Shown: positions 19,267 to 30,193, counted from the stretch's first letter. The stretch is 63,393 nucleotides of DNA from Candidatus Adlerbacteria bacterium (GCA_903878285.1 CAIRHB010000013.1:1-63393), one strand, 5' to 3'. Numbers and translations: made by a program. Notes: generated by a model from the sequence alone, not told the origin.

Positions 19267-20484
19267 CTACCGCTGCAAGAATGCCTCTTTCGCTGAGAGT
19301 TGCGATGCGCGATATGCTGGCCACGCGCCAGAGATGACGCCGATGATTATCGCCAATACAATGGTAAGCCCGACAAACCACAGTGGCGTGATAAAGAGCG
19401 TGAATGCTTTCCCACCCATATGTGTCGCAAAAATATTGAGTGCGAGGTTAATCCCCTGACCTGTCAGAAAGCCGATAGCGACTCCGCCCGCGCCACCAAG
19501 AAACCCCATCATCGCCGCTTCAAGTAAAAAGAGGTTACGCACATCGGCATCCGATGCGCCGAGTGACTTGAGCACACCGACTTCATACGTACGTTCCATA
19601 AATGCTACGATCATGGTATTAAACATGCCGATTGCCGACACGAAGAGCGCCGTGATACCGAACACGCCAAGCACGATGGTGATGATGTTCGTAATCTGCC
19701 GTGCTTGGTTGACCAAGTCGACACGTGCCGAAACAATGAGCCCACGGTCGGTTAGCTCGTTGCGCACTTTTTCGACCGAGTCAACACTGTTCGCCTTTAC
19801 TAATACCGACTGATAAAACGTCGGCTGGAGCGCAACAGCGTCCGGCGGGATAAGCGCCTCGGCAGCTTTCGTGTCGTCGGAGATGATGCCAACGATAGGA
19901 AGGTCGCTGACAGACTTTGTCTGTGTGGTAGTCGCACGTAGCGCATCCTCATAGTTGACTACCAAGTTCACTGTATAGGCAAACGAGGCGGTCGTTGTCG
20001 GTAGACCCATCAACGCAAGCGCTTGACTCGTTAGCACGACACCAGGCGACGATGTGCTATACACGGTACCGAGTGTTGGCGCCGTACCTGATAGTCGAAA
20101 ATAGGCGGGCTCTATAATTTGGATGTCTACCACCGCGGGACGCCCGACGCCCGACTGCGACACTTCCCCCGAGGGGACGTCTGCAATAGGGACAACCTCT
20201 GCAACATTCGGCAAAGACCGGAGATCAGCTACTGCCTTGGTGGAAAAGGTGAGGTTCGTCTCATTTGAGTATGCAGCCTCCATTGTCACCAACGAGTCCT
20301 GTGTCGTCACCAAGTTGCCAATCAAAATATACTGCAAACCGTACCCCAGAGAGACAAGAAAGAGCACCACACCAAACCCGACCGACATACCAAGGATGGT
20401 CAGCGCCGCGCGCACCGGTTTGACGCGAAAGTTCCGCGACGACAGCCGGAGCATTTCTCCAATGAGTAGTTTGTGCCTATCCAT
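19267..20484 (-). CDS. MacB/FtsX-family ABC permease
   Basis: RAALTILGMSVG, large extracytoplasmic domain, ERTYEVGVLKSLGA, PAYRAS. Confidence 0.92.
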   Translation of the reverse strand: MDRHKLLIGEMLRLSSRNFRVKPVRAALTILGMSVGFGVVLFLVSLGYGLQYILIGNLVTTQDSLVTMEAAYSNETNLTFSTKAVADLRSLPNVAEVVPIADVPSGEVSQSGVGRPAVVDIQIIEPAYFRLSGTAPTLGTVYSTSSPGVVLTSQALALMGLPTTTASFAYTVNLVVNYEDALRATTTQTKSVSDLPIVGIISDDTKAAEALIPPDAVALQPTFYQSVLVKANSVDSVEKVRNELTDRGLIVSARVDLVNQARQITNIITIVLGVFGITALFVSAIGMFNTMIVAFMERTYEVGVLKSLGASDADVRNLFLLEAAMMGFLGGAGGVAIGFLTGQGINLALNIFATHMGGKAFTLFITPLWFVGLTIVLAIIIGVISGAWPAYRASQLSAKEAFLQR

Positions 20485-20508
20485 GTTGTCAGTATGCTGC
20501 CCACCTCC

Positions 20509-23500
20509 CTACTTAATAAAACTAAACGTCGTTGAGAAGTTCTTGAAGATGATGTCGACGATCGACTCACTCTGTTGCGGCGTCACAACGGTGCGCACCG
20601 GCAGTGTCTCGGTGTTCCCTGCCTGGTCGGTCGAGGACACCTGGATGCGGTAGATGGTGGACGGCTTGAGACTTGGCAGTAGCACCACGTGGTCCTGCAC
20701 AAAGCCGGTGTCATTCTCGACCTTGTTCTTGAGCGGTACGGTGGTGTTGCCACTTCCCTCCTCGTAGTACACCGCGCTAGTAGATGGCTTGTCGGTCTTC
20801 CACGAGACGATAGACTGTACAATATCGGTGCGACCCGGCACCAGGTTGGAGTCGATACGAAGGCTGGTGACCTGTGGGAGTGTCTTGTCGACCAGCGTAG
20901 TGACCGGCAGTGTACTGGTCATGGTGATGAGGTTACCATCTGCGTCGTAGCCATATGCTTTGACGTCGTAGGTATGCCCAGAGACAAGGTTGTTAGCAGT
21001 GAGATCGTGAGCGAGGGTCAGGGTGGCGTCCTTGAGTGTCTGGATGGTGCCTGTGGTGCGGTCGGTAAAGTCAATACTCGAGGAGGTCTGGATGCTCGTG
21101 GTCCACAGCACACGGAAGGAGTCTGGCTTCACATCAAGCACCTGTGGCGTGATTGGCCCTGCTTTGGTGGTGACAGTGTAGTCGCTACTCTTGGCGATCA
21201 CTTGAGGGAAGATGAATGCCTTGGTGATGAAGTGGTATTTGGTGTTTGGTGCCAGGTTGGTAAGGGTAAGCTGATGCGTTGTAGTGGCGATCTTGAGGTC
21301 AGAGGATTCTGCGGTGTAGTTGTGTGTCTTTTGGTAGGCAGCGTCTGTGTCGTAGTCGAGCACGGTGTAGGCAGGCACGTTGGTGCTCCAAGAGATCGTG
21401 GTGCTGTCCTGTGTGGTGCTGGCGATAATGGGCGTCGTCATGAATGGTGGGTTGATCGATGGGAGAGCCGACTGGATAATGTCCTCCAGCTTGCTCTGGA
21501 TATCGACCGCCTTGCTGAGTGCCGAGAGGTCGCCGAGGTCTTCGGCGGAGAACTTGGTGGTGAAGGAGGCGTCGGTGGATTGTGCAGTGAGACCGTCTTT
21601 GCTGATGACACTAACGAGATAATGGTAAGTGGTGCCTGGGAGCAGGTTGTTGATCTTGATACTGGTGTTAGCAGAAGGTGTCCAACTGCTTGCACTGTCG
21701 GTATAGGTTGCGGTGGGGGTACTGGAAGAAGTTGCACCATATTGGAGCCCCACTCGCACATCCTTGTCTGTCACCACATTAACCGTCGCATCAAAGGTGT
21801 CGATAGGATCCACCGTCATACTGCTGATCTTGGGTGCCACGGGCACTACCGGCGTCGGGTTGTTGGTGCTCCCTGCGCCGCCACTTGATGCCTGCACCAC
21901 AATCACCTCCGTGGCAGACGTCGTGACCATCTGCTCGTCGGATACACCACGGTTCCCGAGCGCATCATTGGCGATGATACGGAAGTAGTATGCCGTACTT
22001 GGTGTCAGGCCCGAGAGCGTCGCTACATGGAAGGTACCGAGCGTGGTATCCAGCACCGTGTTTGTGGTGTAGTTCCCGTCGGTAGTAGAGGCGACCGTGC
22101 CATACTCGACCTGTGTATCTGCGGGCTTGTCAGTGTTCCAGGTGACGACGATGTTCTTGGCATCAATGACAGGTTCGACAATGTCCGTGATAGTAGGCGG
22201 CGTGCTGTCTTTACCCGTGGTGAGCGTGTAGTTTGATCCGCCCGTGTTGTGGTCTGCGCTGGTGATACTATTTGCATCGGTCGAAGTAACGTAGAACGAG
22301 TATGGCGTAAGCGCCTGCAGATTGGTGAGTGTCACGCTGTGTGTAGTGGTGGCAGTCCCCGACCCAGCGGTTAGCGGATGCGACGGGTCAGCACTCACCC
22401 AGTAGAACACCTGCGAGTCTGCTGCGGTGTCAGTGTTCCAGGTGATCGTAGCACTGTGGTAGTCCTCGGTGTGCGCCACCGCGGTGATGACGGGGCCACT
22501 CACAGTGGTAAAGGTGTAGCCATTGTCCTCGCTGTTGGTGTTGCGACAAATGTCGGTGGAGGTGACCTTGTACTGGTAGGTGGTGTGTGCCTGAAGGTTG
22601 GTGAGATACACCGTGTGTGTGTTGAGGTAGCTGGTGGTCGAGGCGATGCCGCTAAAGCCACCCATACCGTAGGTCACCACCCCGTCTGCGAGATTGTTCG
22701 GCGTGCTCCAGGTAATCGTGGCAGACGTGTTGCCGAGATTACTCACAACAGGTGTCGTCATCACAGGCGGGAGTGACGAGCAGCCAGAGCCAGTGGGGGT
22801 CACTTTACTTGTGGGAGTAAAGTCAGAGAGGTTGCCAGCTTGGTCAACGGTACGTTCCTTGTAGTAGTAGCTGGTAGTGGAGGACAGGTTCATGTCCAGA
22901 TAGTAGTTGAGCGCCGCGGTGGTGACGGTTTGGAAGGGACTGTAGGTGGTGCCGTCGGTTGAACGCCAGATCTGGTACGCCTGGAAGGGGTCGCTACCGC
23001 CGTATAGTGACCACGCCAAGAAGAGTTGGTAGGTGTTCGTGGTGGCGTTTGATATATCGTGTGCCTCAAAGTTGTCGAGTGTTGCAGGCGCCAACACCGT
23101 GGTCGTGGCAATGTTGTTGAAGATATCCTTCGTGACCACCGTGACCGAGTGGGTTGAGGTACCGGTGTCGAGTGTCCAAGGTATACTAAGCGCGAAGGAT
23201 AACGGGAGCGCGTCGAGGATCAGAGACGGTGGTTCCTGGTTAACTCCACTGCTCCCGTTTACTCCGTCAGCAGTGCCGTTGCTGTTGTTGGAGACCGTAT
23301 AGTTGAGCAGCGGCACCGAGCTCGAGGCACTAATGCTCACGGTGGAAGTGCTGCTGGAGCCATCGATATGTACACTAACAGATGGTTGCTTCGTCTCGAT
23401 AGCGAACGCGGAGGTAGTGGCGTAGGCGATATTGTTGATGACCTCGTTGTCGTTGGCGGTGATGCGTACCTGCGCAGTAGTGCTATAGGTGTTGGGGATG

Positions 23501-26500
23501 TCTTGTGCTGCGTTCCAGTAAGCGGTGTAAGCGGTGTAGCCAATCTCCGTCACCGCCTTGTTACTCACTGCGTTGGTGGCGTTACCAGCGGCGTCGGCGA
23601 TGGTGGTGATGTTGTGCCAGGTGTCGGCGGGACTCAGGCGATATTGGAAGGAGGGGGTAATGAAGCCAGGCGTTACACTGCCGGAGGAGGTATCTTGGTC
23701 GCGCACGCGGTAGTCGATGCGTACTTTGCCATAGTTGGAGGAACTCTCAAGAGATGGCATACCGCTGTAGGGTATGTTGATCTGTCCCGCGGTAGCACCT
23801 GCCCCGTTACCAAGCGAGGGGTCGAAGTCTGGTGCTCCGTTTTGTGCATAGGTGACAACGATGCTGGTAATCGCGGGCACCGCGACTCCGTTGGAGGAGA
23901 TGAGGGTTGCTTGTACTTCCAGGTACTGATCGGTCGGCGGCGTGGTGTTGGTGGTGTCCCCTGTATTAGGCAGGATAGAAGCAGTACCTGAGCCGTTGGT
24001 GGCGAGGATGGTAGCAGACCATTGTGCGCTATAGAGACTGTCCTGCGTGTTAGCGCCACGCGTGCGGAAGAGTATCTGTGTGTTTGAGGGGATGGTGGTA
24101 GCCCAGCCCAGAGACACCATCTGTGCTGCTCCCTCGGCGTTGATCTTGAAGTTCTGCAGTGTGCCTATATAGTTGTGGTCGTTGTATGATAGGGTGAAGG
24201 ACGAGACGGTGGCGTCACCAGTGAAATCGACACGGTACTTGAGTGTGGTACCAGTCGTGGTGGCGAAGGTGGTTGGAGTGCCGGGGGTGGATGCGACCCA
24301 GGTGGCACCGTTGTCGTTGGAAAGATAGTAGGCTACGGAGCCGGCGGTGCCATTGGAGGCAACGACGTTCTGGATGGTAGCGGATTGAATACCGCCAGGG
24401 ACGGTTGCGAGGGTGGTGGAGAAGGCTGACTGAGAAACGGGAGGAGGGGTGGAGGAGGCGAGGGTGCCGTTGCCAGACCAGTACATGGTGCCATTTGCAG
24501 CAGCTATCACTGCCTCGTTAGAATTATTGTTCATGGTACTGAGGAAGCTTACTGCAGATGGCACGCTAGACCACTGCGCGTTTGTGCCACTGGGACCATA
24601 CTTCGCCACGAGTCCGTTATTGAAACCAACATAGATGGAGTGCGACACCGGGTCGTAGGTGTTTACGTTGGCGGCCCAACTGTTAGACGGAGTAGCATTA
24701 AACAGCGTTGTAAATTGTGTAGACAGAGAAGATACCGCGGTACCAACATTATTCGCGAGCATACCAATGTTCCAAAAAGCACTGGATTCAAATATTACGC
24801 CTGAGATAGGATCTACCAATGGAATTGAAGGTGCCCAGCATCCAGGAGAGACAGGGATGGTTGTTATAGTACCATCAAGACCTACCTTTATTGTCCCCGC
24901 AGCAGAAGTTCCTTGATATATCTTATTATCATATGCGCCATAAGTTAACGCAGTAGTGCCCCCAGAGCCGCAGCCTGTATCATTAGTAAAAGTATATGGA
25001 CTGCCAACCTGTGCTGTAGCGCCAGTTTGTAAATTGTATGAGTAGAATGTCTCGGTTACACTACTGCCCGACACTATTCCTTGCGAAAGATACAACAAAT
25101 GAGTAGCTGGATTTATCGCTCCAGTTACTGATGCCCAATAACTACTAGACAATAGAGGTATAGCGTTTGTACCAGACGACCCCATTACAGGCGTTACCGC
25201 ATCAGTTGCTGTGTTGTAGATAAAGGTTCCTCCACCTGAGTTAGAAACTACGAGACTATTAGTTGCTGCATCAAACGAGAGCACAACGCCAGCGTATCGT
25301 GGATCCTCCCACCAGACCATCTTTGAAGAGAGGTCAGTTTTTGCACCTGTGGTCAAATTAATCCTCCCAAGAAAGGCAGAGTTCGCAACAAACAGGTAGT
25401 TATGATTGGAGTCATATGCAAGTGCTGATGCTTGTCGATTAGGGTCAGCGAAGATATTCGTCACGAGTGAGCTAATGTCCTGAAACCTGTCAACATTCGT
25501 CCGCGCAAGTTTATTGACGGTGATTGGTGAATAGTATGGGCCGTATGATTTTAGTGCAGAAACTTCCCCAGCCGACAGCGCTCGGTTGTAGATAGCAACA
25601 CCAGCAATAGTAGCGTTTGAATAGTCGCCTTGGTAAGTTGGATTATAGCCAATAGATATGCTCGTGTTGGAAGGAATTGTGCCCACAAGCGCTTTAGTGT
25701 CTACTAATATTCCGTCAACATACATCTTTACATTGGAGCCATCATAGGTGTTGACCACATGATGCCAAATCGCTGTCGAGGTAGAGACGCTTGTACTCAC
25801 ATTGGTAGAACCATTGCCGATATTAAAACTAAAACCACTGCTATTTGCAAAGAACTGGAATCCCCTATTGTCTACGTCTGTATGCGAGTTTGCCATCAAT
25901 CGACCACCATTACCACCAAGCACCCACGCATCAAGCGTAAATGCAGTGTAACTCTGTGCAGTGTTTGCAAGGTCAATATGTTGATTACTTCCATTTAACT
26001 GTATTGCCTGCCCAAACCCCGTTGGTCCTGTCACACCATTGTATCCATTGACCACGGTTCCTGTATGACCATTGCTACTCAGATCTGGTAGCTGCACACC
26101 ACTAATGGTAGAGCTGTCGGAGTAGTAGGCAACGGGTGGATTCCCTGGGACTGCTGTTGAGTATCCTGTAACAAACGTCTGAGCCGTCGCCCAACTACTA
26201 CTAGTGTCCAGATGATAGTCAGTCCCGTTCGTGCCATTGAAGCTCTCGTTGAATGTACCCTTGAGCGAATCTGACCGCAGCGTAACAGTACCGGGCGTGG
26301 TAGTCATATCCACGTTTGGTGTGATGATGGTGGAGGTTGCAATACGGCCATCATTGTTGACACTACCAGTGGTGCCACTCCAGCCACTTTGGAATGCAGT
26401 CTGTGTTGCCCAAGGCGCCGTATAGGTTGCCGCTTGTGCAACGGGGAGAACGCCAACGAGTGGTGAGGAGATGAGCGAGGAGACAACCAAGAGTACGAGG

Positions 26501-26583
26501 AGGCGTTGCGTGAGCGTACGTAGCTGCACAAACACTCGTATGCAGACGGTTCGCACTTGTTGCTGTGTCAAAAAGTTTTGCAT
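20509..26583 (-). CDS. Giant surface protein: LamG/ConA-like, propeller-like region and multiple FN3-like repeats
   Basis: About 2024 aa; signal/TM; LamG motifs (FTLDAWV, WHHVVNTYDG, IYNRALS); repeated ATITW.T...H.V.L..L...T.Y.Y. Confidence 0.88.
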   Translation of the reverse strand: MQNFLTQQQVRTVCIRVFVQLRTLTQRLLVLLVVSSLISSPLVGVLPVAQAATYTAPWATQTAFQSGWSGTTGSVNNDGRIATSTIITPNVDMTTTPGTVTLRSDSLKGTFNESFNGTNGTDYHLDTSSSWATAQTFVTGYSTAVPGNPPVAYYSDSSTISGVQLPDLSSNGHTGTVVNGYNGVTGPTGFGQAIQLNGSNQHIDLANTAQSYTAFTLDAWVLGGNGGRLMANSHTDVDNRGFQFFANSSGFSFNIGNGSTNVSTSVSTSTAIWHHVVNTYDGSNVKMYVDGILVDTKALVGTIPSNTSISIGYNPTYQGDYSNATIAGVAIYNRALSAGEVSALKSYGPYYSPITVNKLARTNVDRFQDISSLVTNIFADPNRQASALAYDSNHNYLFVANSAFLGRINLTTGAKTDLSSKMVWWEDPRYAGVVLSFDAATNSLVVSNSGGGTFIYNTATDAVTPVMGSSGTNAIPLLSSSYWASVTGAINPATHLLYLSQGIVSGSSVTETFYSYNLQTGATAQVGSPYTFTNDTGCGSGGTTALTYGAYDNKIYQGTSAAGTIKVGLDGTITTIPVSPGCWAPSIPLVDPISGVIFESSAFWNIGMLANNVGTAVSSLSTQFTTLFNATPSNSWAANVNTYDPVSHSIYVGFNNGLVAKYGPSGTNAQWSSVPSAVSFLSTMNNNSNEAVIAAANGTMYWSGNGTLASSTPPPVSQSAFSTTLATVPGGIQSATIQNVVASNGTAGSVAYYLSNDNGATWVASTPGTPTTFATTTGTTLKYRVDFTGDATVSSFTLSYNDHNYIGTLQNFKINAEGAAQMVSLGWATTIPSNTQILFRTRGANTQDSLYSAQWSATILATNGSGTASILPNTGDTTNTTPPTDQYLEVQATLISSNGVAVPAITSIVVTYAQNGAPDFDPSLGNGAGATAGQINIPYSGMPSLESSSNYGKVRIDYRVRDQDTSSGSVTPGFITPSFQYRLSPADTWHNITTIADAAGNATNAVSNKAVTEIGYTAYTAYWNAAQDIPNTYSTTAQVRITANDNEVINNIAYATTSAFAIETKQPSVSVHIDGSSSTSTVSISASSSVPLLNYTVSNNSNGTADGVNGSSGVNQEPPSLILDALPLSFALSIPWTLDTGTSTHSVTVVTKDIFNNIATTTVLAPATLDNFEAHDISNATTNTYQLFLAWSLYGGSDPFQAYQIWRSTDGTTYSPFQTVTTAALNYYLDMNLSSTTSYYYKERTVDQAGNLSDFTPTSKVTPTGSGCSSLPPVMTTPVVSNLGNTSATITWSTPNNLADGVVTYGMGGFSGIASTTSYLNTHTVYLTNLQAHTTYQYKVTSTDICRNTNSEDNGYTFTTVSGPVITAVAHTEDYHSATITWNTDTAADSQVFYWVSADPSHPLTAGSGTATTTHSVTLTNLQALTPYSFYVTSTDANSITSADHNTGGSNYTLTTGKDSTPPTITDIVEPVIDAKNIVVTWNTDKPADTQVEYGTVASTTDGNYTTNTVLDTTLGTFHVATLSGLTPSTAYYFRIIANDALGNRGVSDEQMVTTSATEVIVVQASSGGAGSTNNPTPVVPVAPKISSMTVDPIDTFDATVNVVTDKDVRVGLQYGATSSSTPTATYTDSASSWTPSANTSIKINNLLPGTTYHYLVSVISKDGLTAQSTDASFTTKFSAEDLGDLSALSKAVDIQSKLEDIIQSALPSINPPFMTTPIIASTTQDSTTISWSTNVPAYTVLDYDTDAAYQKTHNYTAESSDLKIATTTHQLTLTNLAPNTKYHFITKAFIFPQVIAKSSDYTVTTKAGPITPQVLDVKPDSFRVLWTTSIQTSSSIDFTDRTTGTIQTLKDATLTLAHDLTANNLVSGHTYDVKAYGYDADGNLITMTSTLPVTTLVDKTLPQVTSLRIDSNLVPGRTDIVQSIVSWKTDKPSTSAVYYEEGSGNTTVPLKNKVENDTGFVQDHVVLLPSLKPSTIYRIQVSSTDQAGNTETLPVRTVVTPQQSESIVDIIFKNFSTTFSFIK

Positions 26584-26654
26584 GTACAAGAAATGAACGT
26601 GTACTTAGTATACCACTCATGTCTCTCGACCTGCAGCGTGTTGTGCAAGGGGTT

Positions 26655-26663
26655 TGTGGATAA
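26655..26663 (-). promoter_or_regulatory. Consensus DnaA box upstream of the giant-gene promoter
   Basis: TTATCCACA on minus strand, upstream of a TGGTATACT extended -10 near 26606-26614. Confidence 0.5.
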
Positions 26664-26680
26664 CTTTTTTCTTATCTCTT

Positions 26681-27511
26681 TTATTTCAAAGACTTCTCGA
26701 CACTGTAGTCGCCAACCTTGGTGCGCAGAATGCGTAGCGCGAGTGCGGGGACACCAAGCCCTTGACCCAACCCATGTGCAATCGATCGCGCATAGGTGCC
26801 GCTGGAGCAAGAAATGTGAATGGTTGCGCAGGGGAAAAGACGGTCGTTCTGTTTACGTAGATTGCGATGCCAAAGCCGAAGTATCTCCTCCTGCCGAAAA
26901 TCGCCCTGCACTTTAGCGATTGTCTCTTCAAGATAAGACAGCAGCTCGTTATCTGAGACTTTATAAATCTCGGATAGGCGAATATCGTATGTATTCACTT
27001 GTCTTCTCGGCAAGACGATATTCCCAATGAGGCCGCCACGTGCCCACTCGAAGAGGGATTTTCCATCTACCGGCTTGGAAGAAAACGGCGGATATTCTTG
27101 CGAAAACTGACCACGAAACTCGTTAAGTCCTTGCTCGATTGCGCTACGCTTGATAGATGTACCGTCGCCACTTTCCATCACCTTGCCAAGCAGGTCGTAG
27201 GTGTCGGTCGAAAAGCCAAAAAGCACATCGAGCGTGTACTCTTTACTCATATCGAGATAGGCATCGCGCATCTTGTTTGCCGAGCCAACGAGGGCGATCA
27301 GCACCCCCTCTGCCATCGGGTCGAGCCGTCCTGCGTAGGAAAGCACTTCGTTAGCGCATTCTGGCTTCTGCGCACGCAGACGCTCAAGCCGCTCACGCGG
27401 TGTCTCCCCCACCTGCTTGTACAGATTAAGTACCTTACCACCGACCGTGCGCGGATGCACCATATCGCCCATCCTTCGATCTTTTACCTCGTACGTGTTT
27501 TCCTGCGGCAT
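26681..27511 (-). CDS. truB: tRNA pseudouridine synthase B
   Basis: YAGRLDPMAEGVL, KEY, YPPFSSK.V.G, CSSGTYARS; start chosen from TATTCT 7 nt upstream. Confidence 0.92.
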   Translation of the reverse strand: MPQENTYEVKDRRMGDMVHPRTVGGKVLNLYKQVGETPRERLERLRAQKPECANEVLSYAGRLDPMAEGVLIALVGSANKMRDAYLDMSKEYTLDVLFGFSTDTYDLLGKVMESGDGTSIKRSAIEQGLNEFRGQFSQEYPPFSSKPVDGKSLFEWARGGLIGNIVLPRRQVNTYDIRLSEIYKVSDNELLSYLEETIAKVQGDFRQEEILRLWHRNLRKQNDRLFPCATIHISCSSGTYARSIAHGLGQGLGVPALALRILRTKVGDYSVEKSLK

Positions 27512-27536
27512 TTCTGCTAGAATACTAGAAAACACC

Positions 27537-28790
27537 ATGAGCAGCAAAAAAGAGAAATTATCGGTCGAGCCCTATAAGGGGGTGCGGGACTTCTACCCCG
27601 AGGACCAGGCGTTCTATAACTACCTCCTTTCGACCTATCGACAAGTCGCGGAGCGCTTTGGCTATGTCGAGTATCATGCGTCAGTGCTTGAACCTGCTGA
27701 GTTATATAAAAGTAAAAACGCCGAGAACGAGGAGCTAGTTAACGAGCAGACATACACCTTTGTTGACCGTGGTGGGCGCGAGGTCACCCTGCGCCCCGAG
27801 ATGACACCGACGGTCGCGCGCATGGTCGCAGCGAGGCGGCGTGAGTTGGGCTTTCCGCTACGTTTTTTTTCTATTCCAAACGTGTTCCGCTACGAGCGTC
27901 CACAGCGCGGCCGACTGCGCGAGCACTGGCAGTTGAACGTCGATTTATTTGGATCAAAATCGCTGACCGCAGATACAGAGATAATCGCTGTTGCAGCTGA
28001 GATTATGCGCGCGTTTGGTGCAACCCCAAACGACTTCGAGATCCGCATCGGGAGCCGCATCTTCCTCGACTCACTTATCACACAACTCTCGCTGTCTGAC
28101 GACGCGACAAAAGAGTTTGTCGCGCTGCTCGACCGACGTCGCAAAATCCCCGCTGCCGAGTTTGACGCAACGCTCGCCGAGCTTGGCGTACCACTTGCCC
28201 TTCTCTCAACATCCGACACGCCAGACGAAGTGCGCGTTGTACTCAAAACGCTCGCCGAGCTTGGCATCAACAACGCCGTGTACGACCCGAGTATCGTGCG
28301 AGGGTTTGCCTACTACACCGGCGTTGTATTTGAAGTATTTGACACCCATCCAGATAACAACCGCGCACTCTTTGGCGGTGGTCGCTACGACAACCTCACC
28401 ACGCTGTTTGATGATGAGCCGATCGTGGGTGTCGGGTTTGGTATGGGCGATGTCAGCATGCGCAACTTCCTCGAGGTGCGCGGACTGCTCCCTGTGTATG
28501 TGCCACCAACCAAGCTCTATATCGCGGTCGCCGCGCCCGAGGATGTCTCGCACGCGCTCATGCTCGCACAGGAGTTGCGCGCGCAGAACGTTGCGATCGC
28601 CGTCGACTTTGGTGATAAAAAACTTGCCGACCAGATCAAAGCAGCGACAAAGCATCACATTCCCTACCTGCTCGTTGTTGGAGAAAATGAGATTACGTCA
28701 GGAACTTTCGCTGTGCGCGACCTCGCCACAGGAAAAGAAACGCCACTGTCGCGAACAGAACTTGCATCGTTCTTTCTCGCGCTCGCGTAG
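27537..28790 (+). CDS. hisS: Histidine--tRNA ligase
   Basis: KGVRDFYP, LRPEMT, FRYERPQRGRLREHWQ, RGFAYYTG, GGGRYD. Confidence 0.97.
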   Translation: MSSKKEKLSVEPYKGVRDFYPEDQAFYNYLLSTYRQVAERFGYVEYHASVLEPAELYKSKNAENEELVNEQTYTFVDRGGREVTLRPEMTPTVARMVAARRRELGFPLRFFSIPNVFRYERPQRGRLREHWQLNVDLFGSKSLTADTEIIAVAAEIMRAFGATPNDFEIRIGSRIFLDSLITQLSLSDDATKEFVALLDRRRKIPAAEFDATLAELGVPLALLSTSDTPDEVRVVLKTLAELGINNAVYDPSIVRGFAYYTGVVFEVFDTHPDNNRALFGGGRYDNLTTLFDDEPIVGVGFGMGDVSMRNFLEVRGLLPVYVPPTKLYIAVAAPEDVSHALMLAQELRAQNVAIAVDFGDKKLADQIKAATKHHIPYLLVVGENEITSGTFAVRDLATGKETPLSRTELASFFLALA

Positions 28791-28821
28791 TAACAGCGGT
28801 CACCGTGTCTACACCTTATAT

Positions 28822-29397
28822 ATGCGACGAATTATTTTTGACATTGAAACCACTGGCGAGGGGATGGACGGCGGCTTCGACATCAACAAGCAGGAGCTCA
28901 CGGTTGTGTGTATTCACGACTCAAAGACCAATGAGTTCAGCAGCTACACTAAGGAGACGCTACCAACACTCTGGAGCATACTTGAGCGCGCAGACATCTT
29001 AGTTGGGTATAACTCGGACCACTTCGATATTCCTATTCTTAACAAATACTACCCGGGCGACCTCACAACGATACACAGTGTCGACCTTCTGAAAGAAGTC
29101 AAGAGCGTGCTCGGTCGCCGGCTCAAACTCGACAACATCGCCGAAGCAACACTTGGGCGCACCAAAACCGCCGACGGCATGCAGGCGGTGCGTTGGTGGA
29201 AAGAGGGCAAAATTGATTTGATTATCCAGTACTGTATTGAGGATGTGCGAATTACAAAAGACGTGTACGAGTACGCAAAAAAGAACAGGTCGCTCAAGTA
29301 CAAAGACTTTGATGGTATCCGCGAGGTCAAACTTAACCCGAGCGCCTGGGAAAAGATCTCCGAAGCTCCGGCGATGACCCACACCTTGCCGTTTTAA
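28822..29397 (+). CDS. RNase H-like/DEDD 3'-5' exonuclease domain protein (YprB-like)
   Basis: FDIET, GYNSDHFD, YCIEDV. Confidence 0.85.
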   Translation: MRRIIFDIETTGEGMDGGFDINKQELTVVCIHDSKTNEFSSYTKETLPTLWSILERADILVGYNSDHFDIPILNKYYPGDLTTIHSVDLLKEVKSVLGRRLKLDNIAEATLGRTKTADGMQAVRWWKEGKIDLIIQYCIEDVRITKDVYEYAKKNRSLKYKDFDGIREVKLNPSAWEKISEAPAMTHTLPF

Positions 29398-29473
29398 ATC
29401 TTACGAAAAAGTGCTACACTGTTGGTACTTGTATCATTAGCAACAACAGCATCCTTAATATAGTACAGAGTAT

Positions 29474-30193
29474 ATGAAAAGCCAGTACGTTCTCCCCCTA
29501 ACTATTGTTATCGCCGGCGCACTCATCGCGGGAGCGATTTTCCTTGTCGGCAAAAGCAACACCCCGGGCACCAACGGTGCCAACGGACAATCAGTAAAAA
29601 CGGCAATCCGCCCTTACGACCCGGCGACCGACCATATCCTCGGCAACCCTGCTGCCACGGTTAAAGTGGTCGAATACGCCGACCTCGAGTGCCCCTACTG
29701 CAAGACGTTTGAAACTACTATGCATCAGGTGATGGATTACTACGGCCAGTCGGGCAAAGTGGCGTGGGTATATCGCCCGTTCCCACTCGGGCAAATTCAT
29801 TCGAAAGCGCCAAAAGAGGCAGAAGCAGCCGAGTGCGCAGCCGACCAAGGTGGCGACACGGCGTACTTTAAGTACATCGACCAAGTGTACGCAGTCTCGC
29901 CGCTTGAAAACGGCCTTGATCCAGCACAGCTCCCCATCATCGCGTCGCAAGTCGGTCTTGATGTAAATACGTTTAATCAGTGCCTCAGCAGCGGTAAGTA
30001 CACCAAGAAAGTGCAAGACAGCTACAATGAGGCGATCGCCGCAGGTGGGCAAGGAACACCGTTTATCTTTATCATGGTCGGCAGCGACGCGGTCACACTC
30101 CAGGGCGCACAGCCGTACGACTCGATGCGCGCTGCGATCGACGCCGTACTCCAACAGGTCGGCGGCAACACAGCGACCACAACCGCTCACTAA
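29474..30193 (+). CDS. DsbA/thioredoxin-family disulfide oxidoreductase
   Basis: N-terminal TM, ECPYC, GTP, GAQPY. Confidence 0.92.
   Translation: MKSQYVLPLTIVIAGALIAGAIFLVGKSNTPGTNGANGQSVKTAIRPYDPATDHILGNPAATVKVVEYADLECPYCKTFETTMHQVMDYYGQSGKVAWVYRPFPLGQIHSKAPKEAEAAECAADQGGDTAYFKYIDQVYAVSPLENGLDPAQLPIIASQVGLDVNTFNQCLSSGKYTKKVQDSYNEAIAAGGQGTPFIFIMVGSDAVTLQGAQPYDSMRAAIDAVLQQVGGNTATTTAH

Noticed and set aside
20509..26583. Possible DGR target or intein in the giant gene
   Set aside because: No reverse transcriptase, TR/VR pair or intein motifs seen
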